Program-made: the position numbers and the translations under genes
NCBI GenBank assembly: GCA_046563655.1
Contig: CM102288.1
Span: forward strand, 806,001-870,000
DNA: 64,000 bases
Reading direction: 5' to 3'
From: Yuukianura sp. NJ FZ-2021
Lineage: Eukaryota
Notes under the pieces: model-generated
What the model was told of the DNA's origin: nothing
Database searches by the model: none
What the model saw: the letters and a program-made list of their open reading frames with translations, nothing else
Shown: piece after piece, positions 25,735 to 38,991 of the stretch
How the letters are laid out: every line of letters starts with the position of its first letter
Numbering within the stretch: the stretch's first letter is position 1

Positions 25735-28700
25735 TTATTTTTGGCGAATAGTTCGTCCTGAACTTGACGGACCAAGTGTAGGGAAGGACTCTGGTTCTGA
25801 CGCATGCGTTTGCATATGAAACGTTACGTCGCCTTTCTTGAGCACTTGGTGACAAATGTGACATGTCGACAGGAGTTCACCTTTCCCGCCACAGTTCCGA
25901 TGTGTCACCAACAGTTCCTGGAAGAACCAAAAAACTAAGCATAAGAAAATCAAAAACGTTTGAAAAACGTTTCGACGTTTTTTTCTCAATATTTAGTTTC
26001 CACAACTGGTGTATATCCGAAAAATGCAAACGTTTGAAAAACGTTTCGTTTTTACCTGTTGTTTTTGAATATCCGGTAACAGCACCACCAGCTCACTGAA
26101 GATTACTCGGAAATCTTGCATTCCAAACATGCTGGAGCACAGATCGTAGTACTCCTGCGCCGGAATTTCATTCTTGCGAAACAGTTTAGAAAGATGTAGG
26201 AAACTTTCATATGTAGCCTCATCTCCACATAAACTAGATCGAACTGCTTCCAGAAAACGCTCGTTCCTGGCTTTCACGTCACTTGGTTGCAAGTACATCC
26301 GGTACTCTCCCGTCTTCGGAATGCTGATTTCGTTAAGCTGCAATACAGTATCCAAAAAACTAACGTCCGTCGATGCTGTTGATGGAACTTGTACTGTCTC
26401 AAATCCTGGCGGTGGCTTGCTTGGTGGAGGTTCAGTCTTCACAATTGCAGTTGCACTTCCGCCAGAATTTCTTCGTGCTCCGGAAGATTCTGCTAGTCGA
26501 AACTCTTCATCAAGGTCATCATCGTTCCGCTTAAGCTGAAAACCAGGCGGCGGAGAAATTTTTCTTGGAGGTGGAGCCTGTGGGCCTTTTGGATTTGACT
26601 TTTTAGTTGGCGGAGCTTTACGTGGAGCGGATACTGGCGTTGGTAAGCTTGGAAAGTCTGATTCTGCTTGTGGAACTTTAGGTTTGGCAGGTTTTGATTG
26701 AATTGACGGAGTTGTTCCGCCGTTGAAAAGTGCTGCGGCAGCATGAGCCAGTAGTTTCTGATCTTTTTCTTTTTGGTTCCCTTTCTTCTTTGACTTTTTC
26801 CCGCTCTTTGGTTCTGTTTCGGCGTCTTCCTCATCATCTGACAGTAACAACAAAAGTTCGTTTGAAGCCATTTTTCCGCCGTTTGGTTTTGAACCCCGAC
26901 TGGACACATTCAAAGGAACAAAGTTGAAATCCTTATTGCCAGTAGTAGTGGTTTTTTGCTCGTCAAGGTTCGGACAAGGTGCCACTTTATGAGCCTTGGG
27001 CATTTGTCCATTCGGGGGTCCTTTGCCAGTAGTTTTCAATTTGCTTCCAGGTCCAGAGCCTTGCCAAACTCTTGCATTTATCGGAGGTGGTTTGCCGCCT
27101 CCACTGAGCGACGGGAAGTCAATTTCTCTTGGTTTCGGTTGCTGACCGGATGCAGCTCCAGCAATAGTTTGTCTGGGCCTGGCGTAACCTTGTGGTGTGA
27201 CTTGAGGCGTCGGAACGGGAGGTCCAGCGCCAAGTAGTAGCGGAAATTCTTCCTCCCTTCTCATTCCAGCTTTCCAGGTCGGAAGTGCATTGGTCCGGAC
27301 GTTCATGCCGGAAGATAAGGCCATTTTCTGAGCCAGCGATGCCCCGTTTCCGGTGCTACCAGATTGTGGGATAAGATTTGAGTTTGAGCCTGGCTCTCCT
27401 CCAAGCGTTGGGAAGTCCACGGTTGAATCCATTTTCGGCTGAGCAGTAGGCATCTGAACAACTTCACCAGTTAAGGCTCCCTCCTCTGTTCCACCAGTCG
27501 CTCCAGTTGCAGATTCTTCGCCTCCTCCTCGCTCATGATCGCTGCATGTCAAATATTGAAAGATTATCGATTCTAAAACGTTTCTAAATGTTATTTTAGT
27601 AACAATAATCCTACCGGCCTCCATGACGTCTATGGTCTCTGTCTCTGCCATGCTCATCGTCTCTCCCTCTTTGTCCAAAAGGTCGGCCAAATCTTCCGCG
27701 CTCATTCTCGGGTCTCTTCGGAAGAGAAAACTCAATTTCCAGTGTTCTCGCTTGTTTCGTACCATGTTTGCCCAGTAGTCGACTGTGAGCTGATGCCAAG
27801 TGTGCTGAAAATATTCGAAGCAACAAAAACAGCGATTAGCATTGCAGTTACTCTTTTCTAATTCCAAACTTGTAGAAATACGGAAACTCAGCAACAGCTA
27901 TAGGTTTGCTCACCTTTTAGATCAATTTCTGTTCGAAAGACGGAGGTGAACTTCTCTTCAGCACAAGCCTCCTCTTCACAAAGAAAGTGTTCCTTCCGGT
28001 AGTGAATTCGAAGATCATCATAGGTGTTGTAGTAGTGGTTATAACCTGTAACAAAAACAAAACGATTAAAGATTTGAAAACTACATACCTTAGTTGCTGT
28101 TTTGTGTTTTAGATTAGTATTTATGATTGGTATTACCATCAGCATCACAGAAATGACAATAATAATGGTCTTTCCTCAAATGTTTGAACAGCTCGTCATT
28201 ATCAAAAACTAAAAGAAAAAGAAATCTACAGAAAATGCAATACGAAGTAAGTGGACAATTTCATGTTAAGAATGACTCACATCGTCTATCACAAAATTTA
28301 CAGAGAGGATGTCCACGGTGAGAGGTATCATTCCTGTCTCCTTTCCGCTTGTGATAGGCTAAGTCTGATCTGTTATAAAACTTTCGCTCCTTCGTAAAGT
28401 GCTAGAAAAGAAAACAATATTAATGAATTCGTAGCCACTAAAGTTCGTATTTGTTGCATTTGGTTTCTGTACCTTGATATGTTCCACACACAAATCACAA
28501 GCGAAAAGTTGATGATTCCTCTGTATGTGTTCTCGGAGACCCTCAAATTCCGCAAACGTTGGCTGATCGCTGCATAGAAAGCACTTATGCTCCAGCAGCT
28601 TATCAAATGCCGCTTGAATAGCTTCATCTTCCAAGTAAATTGACCATTTCGGGATGAAGACGAACATGCGTATTTTGTCCTTGAGCTCCGCATAAGTTTT

Positions 28701-29066
28701 GATCCCATTTGTAAACAAAACCTGAAACAAAACAACAAAAGCGCTTGTAAATCTCATAAAATCGATGAATCACAATCAGTTCCAGTTATCCAATTAGCTT
28801 ACATGATCAAGTGTTTGGCGACAAATAGGACATTCATTTTGGCCCAGAAGAACGCGCATTCGGGATGAACACTCGTAACAAACAGGATGTTCGCAGGCTC
28901 CGACAGAATGGTACATCACATCTCGGTAACAGACAACACAAGCCTTATCGTTTGATGAGCTCGAATGTCGTTGCTGTCTCGGTGGTCTCGGCTTGTACGA
29001 AAATGAGTTTGGAGTAGACTTGTATTTTGAGTTGACGAACGTTGAAGCGGCACGACTTTCAGCCAT
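25735..29066 (-). CDS. ZNF598: E3 ubiquitin ligase ZNF598/Hel2 (ribosome quality control), multi-exon
   Basis: RING CVVCYRDVMYHSVGACEHPVCYECSSRMRVLLGQNECPICR; C2H2 fingers (HRGHPLCKFC, HYRKEHFLCEE); repeated DFPxL motifs; PPPGF; FSELVVLLPDIQKQQELL. Confidence 0.93.
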
Positions 29067-31228
29067 TGTTTTGGAGTAAATTTGTAATGAAACCCCTGAA
29101 CAGAAACTGTAGAAATAAATTAAATACGTCATACGTCATATTCGAAATGAATTGAATCAAATCATGCCAATGTCCAACAACATTTACCTTTAGTTGGTGA
29201 TGAGAAAAACGAGAATTAATTAGTAATTTTATAAACTTGTGTAGCTACTGTTGCTTCTGGTTCTGTGCTTTGATAAGTTGACAAATTACTAAAAAAACGA
29301 AAGAGCGTAGTGTAACAATAGCAGAAGCAGATTACTAAATGTACTAGTACTAACTAGATACAAACAAGAAACGACACTCGACCGGCTGACAGCAAACTGC
29401 AAACAACGACAGGAAAACGTAGTCTGCAAATATGCCACCACCTGTTGAGATTGCAAAAAAAAGTGTCTACGGTGAAAAAAAAAGTTTATCTATGCATTAT
29501 TATAAGTACTTACTGCATGTACAGCTTGTCAAAGTGAAACGTTGAGATTGCAAAGTGGTCTGCGATTGGCTAATATTTTTGAGTGCGAAGAATCCCAGTT
29601 TTTGAATTTCTTTTAGGATTTTGCAAATTCAAAATTTGAATTTGTAACAAAAATTTACGGAAAGTTTGATTTTGAATCTAGCCGCGCTTTTCTTTTACTG
29701 TTCTGTATCCCGTTATGCGAGTGAGCAAATACAAACAACTGGTTCGACCAATAAGTAAAACTGTTTTTTTCTTTTTAAAACTCAAATTTAAATATTTTTA
29801 AATTAAGTGCGATGAGGAAAAACAAAATAATATAACAATTAAATACAATTTTAGACTATCGTTTTCCTTTTCCTGCATATTGGAGTCGCAATATTTGCGA
29901 CATCAAAGTTTAGTGTAGTACTAGTATTCAATTTAATTCCTGCAAAAATCGCATTCAACATTCCACCTAAAAAGGTTTTATGACCGTTTAATGTTGAATC
30001 ACAATTGGAAAACTACGCCACAAGAGTCACGAATTTCAGTTTTTAATTGATTTTTGTTAGAACGTGATGTAAGGATTACAAGGATTTCCGTTTCCTTTCC
30101 CGGCTTTTCCTTCTACTTTCTCTTATCTGACATGACATTGAAGGATGATTGTGGAGACTTTCACCGGAAGTACCCGAAAATCACAACAATTTCAACTCAC
30201 CAATCAACCTCAACTTTCTCTAAAATTCATAACTTAAAAAATCATAGCGTAGGAGTAGATTAATCCAAAGTGTGCCTTCTACTACTAACAAAGTACGTAA
30301 CTCCTAAATATATTTAGCTAATAATTTTACATGAAGTATAAAGCAACTTTAGTTGTAGGTTGACTGCTTTTTCTGCTTTCTCCGAAGTGACAGCCCTCGG
30401 AATGTTCGATTTCTAATCGGACTTTCTCCGAAGTCTCCCATATCCTCCTATCCTTCGGTCTCCACCGTGGGAAATAAGGTCAAGGGTGTGTTACGTTAGT
30501 ATACTAAAGTGTGTCTTATGGCTCCAACGTATTAATAAAGAAAGCATCGAAATGTGACAGAAGACCAAATCCAACCAGAAGCACTTTCGTCCTTACGAAG
30601 CTCACCTCTGCACTTCAATCCAAAAAAAGAACTTGCTTGCTCTACTAAAGTGAATTAGAAATTACTAAGTCAAGGAAGAACCATTAAGAATTTGAGGCCA
30701 TTTTGGTTTAGTTTTCTGCGTGCAATGTCTTGAAGTTCCGAAGAAAGTTTGAAGGCGTAGTGAAAGTCGTTCCTGTCAGTTTTGAGACGAAGGATTCCCG
30801 TGTGGGTGACTAAACTTTGGAAATCATCTTGAAGTAAGCATAATACATTTCGAAATTAGTTAATTGATACTTGAATTAGTTAAATCTGATTAAGAAAAGA
30901 TAAGAATTGTTGTTAAACTCCGTTGAAATTTTGGGAAAACTAGAAATGGAATTTTTGCATAGCCAAGACGCCAGTTGCCTAAAGTTTCTTAAGTACTATT
31001 TATTTGGCGTAATGGCACAATTTTTGAACCTTGAGATTTATGAGCGCGAAAAATTAAAAGTTTAATTTATGCTAATCAGCAAAGAATTCAAAAACAAACA
31101 GCAACTAACGAGAGGAGAAAACAAACAGGAAGTTGGTGGTTAATTTAATCCTAATCGTCAAAACTTAATTAATCTTTGAAAATTTTGACACCACTTAACG
31201 TTTTCGTTTTATAGCTGCTTTGACCGTA

Positions 31229-32348
31229 ATGATGATGGACAGCGGAGGTGCATTCGGAGGAGCAAAGGCATCGTTTGGCGTACCCTTCGACCCCGTTGCC
31301 TTTGCCAAAAAACCCATCGTCATTCTACGTTCTCTTTGTTTGGTAAGATAAGGACTAGATAACATAATAGTTTAGTAAGTAAACATGTATTTTTGTATTT
31401 TGATAATGCATTTTTGTTTTTGTAGTTATTTGCGATCATTGTTTTCGGTTGTATATCATCGGAGGTGAGTGGATCAATGGATACAAACATGACATAATAA
31501 TTTGAATACCTTTGACATGATCATTTCATTGGTGTTTAAAAATGAATTTTGACATTATGTTTTGTAGGGCTGGAGATTTGACCCGAAGAAGAAACGTGAC
31601 ACTTGTTTGTTCAATGACAACGGGGGAGCCTGCGACTACGGAGTTGGAATTGGGGTCATCGCATTCCTAGCTGCCATTGCGTTCCTTGCTGGAGAGTATC
31701 TCTTCGAACAAATGTCATCAGTCAAGACAAGGAAGCACTACGTTTTGGCCGACTTGGGATTTTCTGGTAACTTGCATCAACTTACTGCATGAATTTGTAC
31801 ATCTTAACCATTGAATTTATGGTAGGACTCTGGGCGTTTCTGTACTTTGTCGGATTTTGCTTCTTGGCTAATTCGTGGAGCAACGCAGAGGAGCCACCAG
31901 CTGACGTTGGAGTAGGCAACATCAAGGCCTCCATCATTTTCTCCTTCTTTTCCATTTTCACCTGGGTAAGATAAGTTGACTGAAATTCATGAAAACAAAA
32001 CTAAATCGTACACCAAATTCTCATCTTGATTCTTTTTGTAGGGTGGCTGTGCATTCTTTGCATTTCAGCGATTCCGACAAGGAGCCGATTCCGCTTTCGC
32101 TCCAGTTTACGAAGGTGACAACAGGGCTAGTAAGATACTTCTCCATAACTCACTGACTGCTTAGTTTCAATTCCACTTCACCGCTCTTTCTGTATTATAT
32201 TCTAATTAATTATATCATATAATATTTTGCAGTGCCCGGAGCCTCCTATCCAAGTGGACCTGACATGGGGTCAAGTGGATATCAGTCACCACCATTCAGC
32301 GGAGCAGGAGGCAGAGGTCCAAATGATTACTCGGCTCCAAACTACTAA
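31229..32348 (+). CDS. SYNGR: Synaptogyrin (MARVEL domain), 6 coding exons with a long AT-rich 3' region
   Basis: MMMDSGGAFGGAKA...FDPVAFAKKPIVILR; LFAIIVFGCISSEGW; ACDYGVGIGVIAFLA; MSSVKTRKHYVLADLGFSGLWAFLYFVGFCFLANSW; tail YQSPPF...YSAPNY-stop. Confidence 0.93.
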
Positions 32349-34428
32349 AACACAACTGGATACAACTGGCGGAATCTGAGATACGACACCTTCGGACTTC
32401 CACTGTTTTCGTCACGTCAGTGTCAAATTTATCGAAAAATCTCCTTCAAAACAAACAACTAAAATCTGCTTTGAACGCAACGTCATCGATAGGATCTACT
32501 GCGCTAGTACAAGCATTTCAGTAAGTTTATTCTGCATTTCCCAATTTTTCCTTTTCTCCTCCTTTCCAAGCTTTGTCCAAAAAGTTATAAGAAATGTCAG
32601 TTGTTAGACAGTCGACAGTTCTAAACTTTTTGTATTTTCTCTGCTGGTGATGTGGACAATCTTTTAGGATCTCGGAAGAACTTTAGAACGAAAATTCAAG
32701 CCAAATTGATACGTGTTTAGTCAATCTCCAAAAAACATAAAGATCTAAACGTAACTAAGAAAAGGTGTAGCAAAAACCTTTTTCTTCCCGGTTGTTCGTA
32801 ATATCGTGTTCAAAACAAATTTTAAAGCGCTTCCCAAAGAAAAAAAGTTGAAGAAAGTAGCTTCGAATTCACTTAACTTCTTATCTTATGAGCTAAAATT
32901 TTAATTTCAGACGAAAAAATTCCAAAAATTCAAAAATCATAATCTTAAAACAAAACAAAAAATCTCCCACTGATATTTTAATTAATGACGTTCAAAAAAG
33001 TGGTTGTCGTAAAAAAGAAAACTTTTTAGCTAAATTAGACAAGCGGGCAGTTAGACACTGGGCAGTTGCTAAAAAATCAAATTCAAACTTAAAGTCGTGA
33101 TTTTATTTTTTAAACGCAAAATTCAATTATATTTATTACTGGAACAACGTGCAGGATTGTTTAGCTCATTTTCGTTTTTTTTTAGAGTTATTAGGTAGCT
33201 TTAGCTGTGAATTTATGCAATTTTACCAAATTAGGTAAAAAGTAAATGTCAAAACGTGTTATTTTGTTATTTAAAGTAATTGTGGAAAAAAAGTAATTAG
33301 AGCAGTGTGCATGAAGTAATTGTTTAGGTTAGTAACTTGTGATGTTGACCCTTCACCCTTACTAACTATGATTAACTAACTATGATTAATTCGTTAAGAA
33401 AAACTTGCCAACAGAGATCTCTCTTGTGGAACTTAATTTCTCTCTATTGGTCTCCAAAAATATTAAAATGTCTTCGTAACTAACAAAACAGTACTAAAAT
33501 TTACAATTAACTAAAATCAAAATGTTATTAATTAGACTAATTATCCTTACGAATCAGACTGTTTTATACTCCATTTGATACAAGTACGGGCTTTTTATTT
33601 TGTTCTTGATTGTCCATTTCATGGAGGGTGAAAAGTTGCAGTTTGTGTTACCCATACTTGAATCAAATCGAGTATAAACTAACTAAAAAATTACAAAAAT
33701 GTAAACTGTTGTGTCATTCCAAAAAAGTCAGTGTTCAATGATTTCGCTAAAGTACTTTAATTGACTAGTCAATCGGTTTAAGAAATTGGGTTTTAAATGT
33801 ACTTCCTTCTCCTTCCCTTACCTTTGTGGGTTTGTGTATGTGGTTTGTGATTAATTGTAAGTAAATGTGATTAATTTAAGACTAAAAATTAAGTAATTAA
33901 ATGCCAAAAACGGATGATGCGTCGAGGCAAAAGGGCAGGGACTCGCATCAGTGTGCAATTATAATTAGGTTTAAACTGGAATTAATTGGGATATTAAGAG
34001 TTCCTTGTGTTTGATATATTGGTGGTGGGTATGAGAAAATATTGCCCTCTGGTGTATGGAATTTAAATGTATTAGTTTTTAGTTCAATTAATTATATTTA
34101 ATTATATTATAGTTAAATATAAGAATCTGGGGGTACTCCCTCATCAAACACTTTTAGCGAAAAAATGTAGTGAAACGAGCTGCTGGAGCCCTCATAGTTG
34201 CCCAAAAACTTTAACTTAGAAAAAAAGAAACTAAGCTGACCTCTGACCTCACACTCGTACAATGTAATGAACGTAGTCTACTCTTAAAGTGTGGCAATAA
34301 ATTATCGAGGGATTACTTAGATTTGCAAAATAAAAAAAAATTCATGAAAAATGTCTGCGAAAACTCAAAATTTCTAACTATTTAAAGGAGTTGAACTTTT
34401 GTTTTATTTAAAGGGTTCATTAACTTTA

Positions 34429-35469
34429 CTATTCACTAACAATTGCTGACGCTTCAATTTCAATTAGCAGTTCCGGCTGAATTAATTTGGCATAAACTAA
34501 AGTACAGGCTGGTCGAATCTTGTTGAAAATTTCTCCATGTACTTTTGCTGCATCTTCCCAACTTGCAGTATCTTGTACGAACATGCGTGTTCTAACGACA
34601 TCTTCTAGTCCACATCCTGCTTGATTCAGTGCTTTTTCGATTTTTAGAAAGATAAATTTCGTTTGAGTTTCAATGTCTTCCCCCATAACTTTTCCAGTTT
34701 CGTCTACAGCGACTGTCCCAGATACTTCTACGATGTTGCCCAGTGTTGGCTTTTCCCCGGGGATTTGATGATTTCCCCGGGGAATTGGGGATAACCCCAT
34801 ATCCCCGGGGATTTGGGGATTATCGGGGCTCTGGCGATGTTTTGTACAGCGCATGCGCAGCGTCTGCGCAAACCCAGAATTCAGTGTAGCTCCACCCCGA
34901 ACATTCCCACACTCCATCCCGTTTTGTTCTTTGTTGTTATCCATCGTTATTAAACTTTTTAATTTGATTCCGGCGTTGACTATTTTATATTAAATATTAT
35001 TTATAATATATAACATAATTATTGTTATATTATTTATAGTATATTATAATACAATTATTATTACTTTATGACAACGTAGAATATAAATGGCTAAGCCTAA
35101 TGATATTTATAATGCCTGTAATATAATATGTACATATATTATTATATTAATGTAATATAATAAATATAATATATGTATAAATACTATATAATATAAAATA
35201 TTCAATGCCTGACGTTTAGAATCCCATTATTTCCCTATTATAATATTGAAAAACACAGAAAAACGTCAGCCATTTTGGATAAAAAAAACTAAATCCCCAC
35301 ACAGCCCCAAATCCCCACCTCCGAGGGTGGGGAAAACCCCAATAATCCCCATCCCCGTCCCCAGTGGGGTGGGGGAGCTGCCAACACTGATGTTGCCAAC
35401 ACGAACGGCTCGACTGTAACTGGCAATTTCCTCCCATTTTGTTTTTGAACAAACCAAAACACGCTCCAT
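34429..35469 (-). pseudogene. Rid/YjgF/UK114-family gene (non-Arg subfamily, bacterial-like) interrupted by a MITE
   Basis: Removing 657 bp (element plus one TSD) restores a 127-aa ORF: MERVLVCSKTKWEEIASYSRAVRVGNI|VEVSGTVAVDE...LEDVVRTRMFV...HGEIFNKIRPACTLV...LLIEIEASA. Confidence 0.85.
34741..35389. mobile_element. hAT-type MITE, 649 bp, inside the Rid coding sequence
   Basis: TIRs CAGTGTTGGC...GCCAACACTG; perfect 8-bp TSD ATGTTGCC at 34733-34740 and 35390-35397; subterminal TCCCC/GGGGA repeats; very AT-rich core. Confidence 0.93.
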
Positions 35470-36525
35470 TCCTTTCAAATTCCAATGTATAACTGATGAT
35501 ACTCTAATTTACACTGATACTTAACGTTTCTTCTTTACAGAAAAAAAGTTTAATTTTAACTTTTGACTTCTGTTGCATATGAAAAATTACAACTGAAGGT
35601 CACTGCTTTACTTTTTAATCACTAAAAGTTACGCAATTTACACTCACCACAAGAGGATAAGTGTTTGTGAAAAAAAAATTATTAATCACAAAAATATTGG
35701 CACGTTGGAGGATGTGGCGGCCCACAAGCAACTCTAAAATTTTATGAAAAAAAAATTGATTGTTTTAAATTTCAAATTTTCATTTACTTTTGCCTCATCG
35801 AAAAGCACTAAAATCAATTTTTACGATAACTATTATTTGGTATGGCTTGTACTTAATGTTGGCTAAATTGAAGCACTTAAAAAATATCTATTTTGAAACT
35901 AACTTGTTAAAACTGCCAACCTATTACAGTTGTTGCAATGTACAATCTATGTTAGCGACGCTACATAGTAGTTTATAATTCAACAGGTTTATAAACTAAT
36001 TAACTAACCTACCTCTTAACTAACTTGACATTTTGAGTTAGGCTACACAGATTACTCGTAGTAGCTAGAGTCTAGTTTTGATTAACTATTCATTACTTAA
36101 CAATTGATAATTAGTTTATAGTTCTATATGATTTTATTGTCATCATTTTCTAGACTTGATTTCATTATTGTCTGATATCACGCCGTAAGACTCGTAATTA
36201 TTGTCATTTTAATTTTTGTGTTTTTACTGCTGCCAGAATTCACAAAGTGGTTTTGATGGATTTTAGTGACGGTTGAGATGATATTGTTTTAGTGTTAAGT
36301 GAAAGTTAACCCATAGATAGGTTAATTTAACCTTTGAGTTAACCCATGGCTATAAAATTGTCCCGTGAAAGTCAACTTTCTCCCACCTTTTGTTTTCAAT
36401 GTCAAATATTAAAAAACGCGTTTTGCAAGTTTGTCTTTTTCTGGAAAAATGGCGCCAATATTTAAAGTTTAACGTTGCGCGACGCCCATGGTGAAATTTT
36501 TCGTATACAGCAAAGAGATTTGCTT

Positions 36526-37911
36526 TCACCATGGTTTACAGTTGGGCATGGAAATTCTTCCGTTGGGAAGTGTTGATGATGTAGTAGCACTGCTACCTTG
36601 ACCTTGACCTTTACTTTGACCTTGCCCTTGACCTGCCCTTACCCTGCGTGACCCACTGGCGACAGAGCATGAAGGGGAGCCCTTGAGCTCCTTCTGGATG
36701 AAGTAGGCTGAACTCTGTGAGTTGTTCATGATTTGACAGGGGACTTGTTTGTGGAACACTGTGATGTTGGAGGAAGTGTCTTCTGGGTAGTAGAAGTACT
36801 CGACCCTTGAAGGGTACACTGGTGGTACGTAGAACTGACTCTTCAGTTTCCTAATGTAAATCCCTATGGTGAGGAGGTAGACGAAAGTTAAGCCCAACCA
36901 AATCCCGATTTCTAGCATCATGTTGTCTGCTTCTGGATGGAGCGATTCAATAGTTTCTGCTAAGAAGCGAGTGAGGACGAACCGATATTGATACTGGGTC
37001 AATCCACCGTAAATTTGCAATAGGACGAAACAGGTTCCAGCCCATTGCAGAATTGGCACGGACTCCTATTGACAAAAGCCAAAAGTCAGAATGGACTTAC
37101 TTAAGAAAACAAAATACATAATCGGTAATAAATCCGGCCGGACAGACAGGCAGACAGAATTTAGTTAACTAGGTTTCCATACTTAACTAAAATGTGTTTT
37201 TGAGTTTTGTATTTTTTTCTAAAATTGAAATTTAAAAGTTATTAATTATTCATAATTTTTATAAATTAATATCAACGCAGCAAGAAACCGATTTTGTATT
37301 CACCACAGAAGAGTTTGAACTGTGAACATATCATCAGAAAATTAATTATTTTAAAAAATATTCCTGAACGGAGTGTTGGTTCAAATCCTGGTACGAAGCA
37401 AAATTCGGCATGAAAGGAGGAAAAGTGGATTAAATTTTAAATTGTAACGAATAGTCTATCAAAACTAACTAATTTAATTGTTGTAATTAATTTTAAGCAG
37501 AAGAATTAGTTGTAATTACCTTCTTGACACCTCTGTGCAGAACTACTCCGAGAGGCAGGAAAAGGAAAAAGTAAATGAAGTACTGAAGGCCCATCAACGG
37601 AGCAGAAGTCTAATAAAGTCAAATAAATATTTTAAATATGACTAATATATTTTTTTACATATAAAACTAACAGTTTCATTTCCATCGTCAACTTACATTT
37701 GGGTGATCAGACTTATGGATGATGTTGAGGAGAGTTATTAGAAAATACCAGAAAATCACTCCAATACACTTCAAAATTTCAATAAACACAAAATTATGAA
37801 CAATTTTTTTAAAAAGTGAAAATCTCTTCTTACGATGTGAACTGTGGATGCAAACTTGAGAGCTCCTTTGAACGTGACGCAGTGTTTAGGTTTGGACCAC
37901 CACCTTGGCAT
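36526..37911 (-). CDS. Small four-transmembrane protein (loosely LAPTM/DUF4728-like), 4 exons
   Basis: Phase-0 GT-AG joins give MPRWWSKPKHCVTFKGALKFASTVHI|CIGVIFWYFLITLLNIIHKSDHPN|TSAPLMGLQYFIYFFLFLPLGVVLHRGVKK|ESVPILQWAGTCFVLLQ...IGIWLGLTFVYLLTIGIYI. Family assignment is tentative. Confidence 0.7.
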
Positions 37912-38811
37912 GGTCCCACCTCAGTCACGGTCCCACCGAAACCCACCCTCCTCTGCATTCCCATCCACTGACGAGGACAACATGCCCCACCAGAGATGTT
38001 GGGCCACAGGTCAGAGGTCACCTCTCTCCAAGTCCATTTGACCTCCAAACTAAAAAGTTAGACAACGTTAGTTATGGAAGTGGGAGAAAGTGAGGTCGTG
38101 GGGTTACTTGAACAGAGAAAGAGACTGGGCCTGGAAGTATCTTATTTGAAAATCCAATTTCCAGGTTTTATCAGCAGGAAATCAGTTGGAAGGGGTCGCT
38201 TGCGCACTTTCTCCAGCCACAAACATCCACCTCCTTTTTTACTTTCTCTCTTGCTCAAAAATCCAAAGAAATTGGAAACTTTCTTCTTTCTTCAGCTCCA
38301 ATTCCTCCACTGCAGCATTAGCACCTAAACTATCCTACTTCTGGAACTGGAATTCACCTCGACTAGAAGAGGGAAAGCACTTTCACTTCCTGCACAAAGT
38401 CAAATGTCAACTTTGATACTCACACAATAACAACGAATTCCTTCTTTTCTTTAATAAAATTTTAGTACCATTCACATTCAATTGGGAGTCGGATTGGAAA
38501 CAATACCACCGTGCCACTTTCCTCATCGTAGTTGAAAATTTAATTAAAATCATATTTTATTTAAGTATGAATTACTAATTGAGAGGGTGAACGCCATTAG
38601 AGTTATTACAGTAAAACTGTTCGTAGAAATTGTGGAGTGAATAAGTGCTTGAATTGTAGGGTTTTATTGTTCGCAGATTTGGATACTGCGGTAGGCTACT
38701 GTCTCAAATTTTTGCGGGAAAATTTTTTAAACTTATAATTTTGTTTACATCGATGAATAAAAACAGATTTCGATTCTTTTGTCATCTTTCATCTTATGTT
38801 TTATCTAAAGT

Positions 38812-38819
38812 TATCGATA
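38812..38819. promoter_or_regulatory. DRE motif TATCGATA upstream of PRPF31
   Basis: Exact match to the arthropod housekeeping-promoter DRE palindrome, in a divergent intergenic region. Confidence 0.45.
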
Positions 38820-38991
38820 TCGTTAATTGTTTGCTAATTGCTCAGTGGAATTTTAATCGGTAATCAACTTTGAATCCTCTGTTTTCTATTTCTGTATGAT
38901 TATTTATAACGAAATGAATCCGGCCGTGTTACTGGCTCCAAACAGAAATTAATTTTGCTTTTTTTAACTTTACAGATCATAGGGGAACACA

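Noticed and set aside
33913..33953. SECIS element in the synaptogyrin 3' region
   Set aside because: The hairpin lacks the 3' GA of the non-Watson-Crick quartet, and there is no in-frame UGA in the CDS.
34745..34944. N-terminal extension MDNNKEQ...PTL of the 171-aa Rid ORF
   Set aside because: Derived from MITE sequence; the true N-terminus lies beyond the element at 35469.
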